Shown here: in pieces, positions 59,095 to 64,000 of the stretch
Position numbering within the stretch: the stretch's first letter is position 1
Layout of the letters: each line of letters starts with the position of its first letter
Assembly (NCBI GenBank): GCA_050287845.1
Contig: JBNKCR010000018.1
Coordinates: forward strand, 10,834 to 74,833
Direction of reading: 5' to 3'
DNA: 64,000 nucleotides
Origin: Polyangia bacterium
GTDB lineage: Bacteria; Myxococcota_A; Polyangia; JAAYKL01
Made by a program: the position numbers and the translations under genes
The notes under the pieces: generated by a model
The model's database searches: none
Seen by the model: the letters and a program-made list of their open reading frames with translations, nothing else
What the model was told of the DNA's origin: nothing

Positions 59095-61521
59095 TCAGAG
59101 TTGGGAAATGAGCACTTCCCTTTTGTTTACACCGTTGGCAGGCCCGACCACACCTTCCTTCTCCATAATCTCCACGATTCGTGCGGAACGATTGTAGCCG
59201 ATTCGAAGCTTTCTTTGCAACATGGAAATGGAACAGGTTTGCGCTTCTGCCACGATGGCCACCGCCTGATCGTACATCTCGTCTTTTTCTTCGTCATCAA
59301 TATCGCTGCCACCCTCATCATCACGGGGTTTCAGGATTTCTTCGTCGTATTGCGGGAGAGCCTGTTTTTTCAGAAAACCAACCACGTCCGTTACTTCTTC
59401 CTCACTGACAAACGCTCCCTGCACCCGTATCGCATCCGATGTACCCGGAGGAATAATCAGCATATCCCCGTTGCCCAGAAGATGCTCCGCACCGTTGGTT
59501 CCCAGAATGGTCCGGGAATCGATACCACACGACACCTGGCAGCTCAATCGCGCCGGGAAGTTCGCCTTGATGAGCCCCGTAACCACGTCCGTGGAGGGAC
59601 GCTGGGTCGCCACGATGAGATGGATACCCGAAGCCCTGGCTTTCTGCGCAAGGCGGGCAATTGAATTTTCGACATCTTTGGCCGCCACCATCATGAGGTC
59701 CGCCAACTCATCAATACAAATCACGATGAGCGGCAATTTCTCGGGCAGTTTCTCCGGGGGAACAGTTCGTTCCGCTTCACCGAATTCCACCACATGACCG
59801 TCTTCTGTGACAGCCGTCATTGCCGGGTCGGGATTGTCCGCCTTTTCTTTGGCCAGCTGCAATATTTTTTCCACTCGCCGATTGTACGATTCGAGATTTT
59901 TGGACCCCATGTCCGCGAACAACTGATACCGGCGTTCCATTTCATCCACCCCCCATTTCAGCGCCAGACACGCCTGGCTCATATCTGTCACCACCGGCAA
60001 CAACAGGTGAGGGATGTGGTTGTACGGCTGGAACTCAATCATTTTCGGGTCAATCAGCAGCAGTCGCAGCTCTTCGGGCGTATGGGTATACAGAAAGCTG
60101 AGCAGCATGGTATTGACCGATACCGATTTCCCCGAGCCGGTAGTACCGGCCATCAGCAGGTGCGGCATTTTGGCCAGGTCCACGCAATACGGTGCGCCGG
60201 AAATATCTTTTCCCAACGCCATTGGCAGTTTCGCACGGGTCCGGGTGAAACAATCATCTTCAAATATTTCGCGCAACCGAACCATTTCGCGTTCTTTGTT
60301 GGGCAATTCAAATCCCACCGCATTCTTGCCGGGAATCGGCGCCACAATGCGCACGCGTGTGACTTCAAGCGCCATGGCGATTTCATTTGAAAGACCGCCA
60401 ATTTTCGACAACTTGGTGCCGGAACGGGGTTGAAATTCAAACATGGTCACCACCGGTCCGGGATGGATTTCCTTCACTTCCCCGGTAATACCGAAGTCGG
60501 ACAGCACTTCCATCAGTTTGACCGCATTCTGCTGAAGATATGTTTCGTCCACATTGGCAGTTGATATTTCCGGCGCTTCCAGCATTGAAAGTGGCGGAAG
60601 CATAAAATTCCCTTTGGCCTGCTGTTCGATGGGGGGCAGTTCGGATGCCGGCGATGCAGAGGCGGCGGGTTTATTTTTTTTCACAATCCGAGGCTGAACC
60701 GCCAAAGCATCCGACGAGTTCTCTGAAACATCAACGGCAACATTCAGCTCGTCAGGCGGAGGAGACACAACCTCTTCGCTTGACGATTTATTTGTTCCCG
60801 TTCCGGATCTTTTTTGTTTTTTTACAACATCAGTCGTATTTGATGGAGCCGCGTCGGCCAGGTCGATTTCCTCATCTTCGGGCAATTCCTTTCTCCATGC
60901 TTCAATAACACGCCAGAAAAATGTGCCGATAATCTGCAGTCCCGACAGGAACAACAGACTGATGGAACGACCGACCAGAAAGAGGGAGATATCGGTAATC
61001 ACCAGAAGCGTGAGAACAATGGCGCCCAGGGAAACGATGAATGTCCCCGCGCGGGACAGTATGGAGTTGAGTAATTCTCCCAGCACACCGCCCAGTGCAC
61101 CGCCACTGGGATGCCCGCCAGCCACCGGTTCGCTCAGAATCATATGCAGCATAACCGCAGAGAACACCACAATCACCAGACAGCCAGCCGTGCCTTTAAC
61201 GGTGACCTTATGCGCATAACCGGTAAACAGACAGCCTGCATACACCCATAGGCATAGATTCACCATGTACGCCGCTGCGCCAAAGGCGCTGAACGTGAAA
61301 TACGCCAGCCATGTTCCGAACGGACCAACGATGTTGCCGCCGGCAACGGGGCCACCATCCACTGTCAGACCGTCGTAGGAGAACAGCGCCAGCGCCATCA
61401 CCAGTGCCGTCAGGGTGACCAGTACGCCGACAACCTCGTGTCGTCGGGAGGGCACATCCAGTACGGTGTCATCGGGCAGCTCAAATTCTTCTGAAACCGG
61501 GGTCGCGCTACGTTTACTCAT
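59095..61521 (-). CDS. ftsK: DNA translocase FtsK (4TM + motor + gamma)
   Basis: GPVVT, GTTGSGKS, IDELADLM, ATQRPS, GAEHLLGNGDM, LQRKLRIGYNR. Confidence 0.97.
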   Translation of the reverse strand: MSKRSATPVSEEFELPDDTVLDVPSRRHEVVGVLVTLTALVMALALFSYDGLTVDGGPVAGGNIVGPFGTWLAYFTFSAFGAAAYMVNLCLWVYAGCLFTGYAHKVTVKGTAGCLVIVVFSAVMLHMILSEPVAGGHPSGGALGGVLGELLNSILSRAGTFIVSLGAIVLTLLVITDISLFLVGRSISLLFLSGLQIIGTFFWRVIEAWRKELPEDEEIDLADAAPSNTTDVVKKQKRSGTGTNKSSSEEVVSPPPDELNVAVDVSENSSDALAVQPRIVKKNKPAASASPASELPPIEQQAKGNFMLPPLSMLEAPEISTANVDETYLQQNAVKLMEVLSDFGITGEVKEIHPGPVVTMFEFQPRSGTKLSKIGGLSNEIAMALEVTRVRIVAPIPGKNAVGFELPNKEREMVRLREIFEDDCFTRTRAKLPMALGKDISGAPYCVDLAKMPHLLMAGTTGSGKSVSVNTMLLSFLYTHTPEELRLLLIDPKMIEFQPYNHIPHLLLPVVTDMSQACLALKWGVDEMERRYQLFADMGSKNLESYNRRVEKILQLAKEKADNPDPAMTAVTEDGHVVEFGEAERTVPPEKLPEKLPLIVICIDELADLMMVAAKDVENSIARLAQKARASGIHLIVATQRPSTDVVTGLIKANFPARLSCQVSCGIDSRTILGTNGAEHLLGNGDMLIIPPGTSDAIRVQGAFVSEEEVTDVVGFLKKQALPQYDEEILKPRDDEGGSDIDDEEKDEMYDQAVAIVAEAQTCSISMLQRKLRIGYNRSARIVEIMEKEGVVGPANGVNKREVLISQL

Positions 61522-61767
61522 TTTTTTTCTCCTATATCAGAGACAAAATAACGACCAACGAGCATCGAAGTCAAAAAAACGGACGTACGTGTCGGAATAT
61601 GTATTAAAATATCACACTGAAACCCACACAGGGACCGAAGTGAATGATCAAGGGAGCGATTTCCCCATTTATATTTTCTGTGTCGCAGAAGATATATTAT
61701 GTCAACTGAAATGGAGAGCGAAAAAGTTAAGTGGACGCTTTATCCCTGATAACCTATCTGTCCGATT

Positions 61768-62748
61768 TTATTTGAATATTGAGAACAGCTCAAAACTGAC
61801 GAGACCGCCAATAATGAATTCATCCCGTTCGTCATGACGTGTCCAGTCGCTGTACACGGAAATTCGAAATTCCCGGGAAATATGAAACAGATGCTCTCCC
61901 AATTCCAGACCGATTGACAATCCGGTCATGAAGCCCGGATCGATACCCACGTTACTGGATACGGTTTTTCGGGAACTTTGAATGAGCGTTGTTTCAATGC
62001 TGTACACCATGAACCCGGCACCCATCTGTGCGTTCACAAAAAATGCTTTGCGATAAAATTCAGCGAAAGCCATGCAATGGAGTCGATTTTTTTTCGACAG
62101 GACCTTGATCACGGCGCTTTTTCGGGTGTTTTCACTTGAAAAATACACATACCCCAGATTCAACCCGAATCTGAATGAACTCAGTTCAACAACGCGAGTC
62201 ATCAGCCCCAGGCCCAGTGAAACACCCGTATCAAACGTGTTGCGCACATCGGCTTTCTCATGAAAACCACCCCCAATCAATGCATTGGCCGCCAATGCTA
62301 TTCCCAGTACCGAACTCGACCGGGGTTCCTGTGCCGTAGCCACCGTTTCGGTCTGACTGCCCGGGTCAGAAGCTTCTGCGGAGACAGCCGTTGGCACTGG
62401 CGGACTGGTGTCTGAAGCAGGAACCTCGCTCTGGACAATTGTTTCCGAATCGGTATCCGGCTCCTCCGAATTCACCGGAGACAACGCTGATTCATCGGTG
62501 GATGCAGTATCAGTGACAGATGCGGTATCTGCTTCGGATGCCTCTGGAGATATACCGGATTGCAACTCGCCTTCACCATTCTGAGTATTTATATCGTCTT
62601 TTGAAGCGGTGACGCCTGCATCTGATGTCGCTGCATCATCTCCCTCTGTCAAACGGGATCCATCTTCGGTCTGTGCCATGGCAACGAAAGGAGAACTCAG
62701 AATAATAATTAATAATGGCAATAAATTACAGGGTAAATTCACAGGCAC
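61768..62748 (-). CDS. Exported protein with acidic low-complexity N-terminus and probable outer-membrane beta-barrel
   Basis: Signal peptide, S/T/E/D/P-rich region, alternating beta-strand pattern in the C-terminal half. Confidence 0.55.
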   Translation of the reverse strand: MPVNLPCNLLPLLIIILSSPFVAMAQTEDGSRLTEGDDAATSDAGVTASKDDINTQNGEGELQSGISPEASEADTASVTDTASTDESALSPVNSEEPDTDSETIVQSEVPASDTSPPVPTAVSAEASDPGSQTETVATAQEPRSSSVLGIALAANALIGGGFHEKADVRNTFDTGVSLGLGLMTRVVELSSFRFGLNLGYVYFSSENTRKSAVIKVLSKKNRLHCMAFAEFYRKAFFVNAQMGAGFMVYSIETTLIQSSRKTVSSNVGIDPGFMTGLSIGLELGEHLFHISREFRISVYSDWTRHDERDEFIIGGLVSFELFSIFK

Positions 62749-63908
62749 CCTTCCACTTCGTCGTAATGAATCGCAAAACGTTCAAGCAAAACATCGCAGG
62801 CGATTTGTTTTTGTGCAGGAGTAAGCTGGATCATTAATTCGCTGAAGAAATCCGCCGGTTCAAAAAACTTGACCGTCCCGGCCCCCAGCTGAAACAGCGC
62901 GTTGTAAGTGAATCGGGCCATGGCTTTACGCATGGCGGGACCGGGAATTGCGGAGCCATTCGGATCAAACCCCTGAAACCGACGCCCTATTTCATATACC
63001 GCCGCCGAAATAAACGCACCGATTTCGTATGGATCCAGAGATCCGCCCCATACTGTGTTCATAATGTTCTCATCAAATGATGCGGTATAGAGGATTACTT
63101 CAGATGCATCCCGGGTGACCGCCCAGTGCTGGATGGACGACGTGATGAAATCCGGATCGCCGGTCAGCGCCACCGCAAAAATATCCGCGATTCCTTCGTT
63201 CAACGCCCACAGATAATTATCGTATATTGTTGTCTGGTTCGTTGTGGCCGGTGGCATTTTATCGTAAATCAACTCCTGGAAAACCGCATGGGAGTACTCA
63301 TGGGCAATCACCCCCGGATTCATTGACAGGGGGACACCATCCACCAGCGCGTAGGACAGGTCGAACGGCAGTACGTAGAATCCCCGGTCCGTTTCGGATA
63401 TGGGGAGGTAAAACGCGTTATCCACGCTTTTTTCATTTTGTGTCCAATCATCACTGTATATTTCAAGAACATCGGCCCGATAATAGGTATCAAGGTCGCC
63501 GAGGGCTCCCTTCGGCATACCGATGGATTCGAAAAACAGCATGGATTGCTCAATGTTATAATACACCGACACCATCGCCAGCGAATCGAAATCCACCGGA
63601 TAATACACATTATCCGCCTGTATGGCGTTGAATGCCACCGGCGTTCCGACGCGGTTCCAGCGGACCATTCCCGAGAGATAGTCGAGCTCAATGGACACGC
63701 CGCCGAGCAATGTTGTCGCCCTGCCTTCGAGCTTTCCGACATTTTCCAGGGTGTGAATGGTTTCAACCTTCAGCACCATCTCATCGGACACCGGATCGTA
63801 GGACAGAATTTCAACCTTGTATGGTGTTTCGTCGCAGGACAGTTGCCACAGTGCCAATACAATGAATGAAAAAGCATGTAATATGGTATGTAGGCTCATC
63901 AGTTTCAT
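62739..63908 (-). CDS. Zinc metalloprotease lipoprotein (gluzincin, M4/M36-like)
   Basis: Lipobox QLSC, DNAFY, HEYSH, downstream NEGIAD. Confidence 0.8.
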   Translation of the reverse strand: MKLMSLHTILHAFSFIVLALWQLSCDETPYKVEILSYDPVSDEMVLKVETIHTLENVGKLEGRATTLLGGVSIELDYLSGMVRWNRVGTPVAFNAIQADNVYYPVDFDSLAMVSVYYNIEQSMLFFESIGMPKGALGDLDTYYRADVLEIYSDDWTQNEKSVDNAFYLPISETDRGFYVLPFDLSYALVDGVPLSMNPGVIAHEYSHAVFQELIYDKMPPATTNQTTIYDNYLWALNEGIADIFAVALTGDPDFITSSIQHWAVTRDASEVILYTASFDENIMNTVWGGSLDPYEIGAFISAAVYEIGRRFQGFDPNGSAIPGPAMRKAMARFTYNALFQLGAGTVKFFEPADFFSELMIQLTPAQKQIACDVLLERFAIHYDEVEGCL

Positions 63909-64000
63909 AGTAAGTATTTCCTAATCCAATTTCTCGAATATGAAAACGAAAAGGTGCTTTTCCTTCACTAATTAATTTACATTCGAGTCGCCATGACTAA

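Noticed and set aside
1-64000. CRISPR arrays, tRNA/rRNA, transposases, integrases, phage or defence genes
   Set aside because: None recognised by eye; intergenic gaps are short and lack spaced repeats. tRNAscan/Infernal were not run, so small RNAs could be missed.

Overview
Bacterial chromosomal window with dense coding on both strands. It is probably from a Myxococcota/deltaproteobacterial lineage, inferred from a Polyangiales-type LexA N-terminus, Asp/Thr-rich lipoprotein linkers, Cys-rich and VWA lipoproteins and a DUF3857 pair; the taxonomy is not proven. Housekeeping genes include a serA-like gene, leuS, map, trxC, nadE, ilvE, rlpA, hisG, hisI, an FKBP, pepF and ftsK. The window also holds a late flagellar cluster (flaG-fliD-fliS-fliT-like-flagellin-second fliS) with sigma28- and sigma54-type promoter motifs, a 2-oxoacid:ferredoxin oxidoreductase operon with extra Fe-S proteins, and the 3' end of a CBM3-bearing gene, probably a cellulase. 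Three observations stand out. First, a translationally coupled 5-gene atypical signalling operon (10.9-17.0 kb): stand-alone His-box protein, atypical REC/sigma54 activator, exported-TPR kinase with a degenerate ATP lid, atypical REC, membrane protein. Second, a LexA in which both catalytic residues are replaced (Ser->Ala, Lys->Arg) while the DNA-binding domain and the Ala-Gly site are intact. Third, several pseudo- or split histidine kinases, including an unannotated frameshifted kinase remnant. I saw no rRNA, tRNA, CRISPR array, transposase or prophage. All family calls are from motif recognition by eye, with no database searches.
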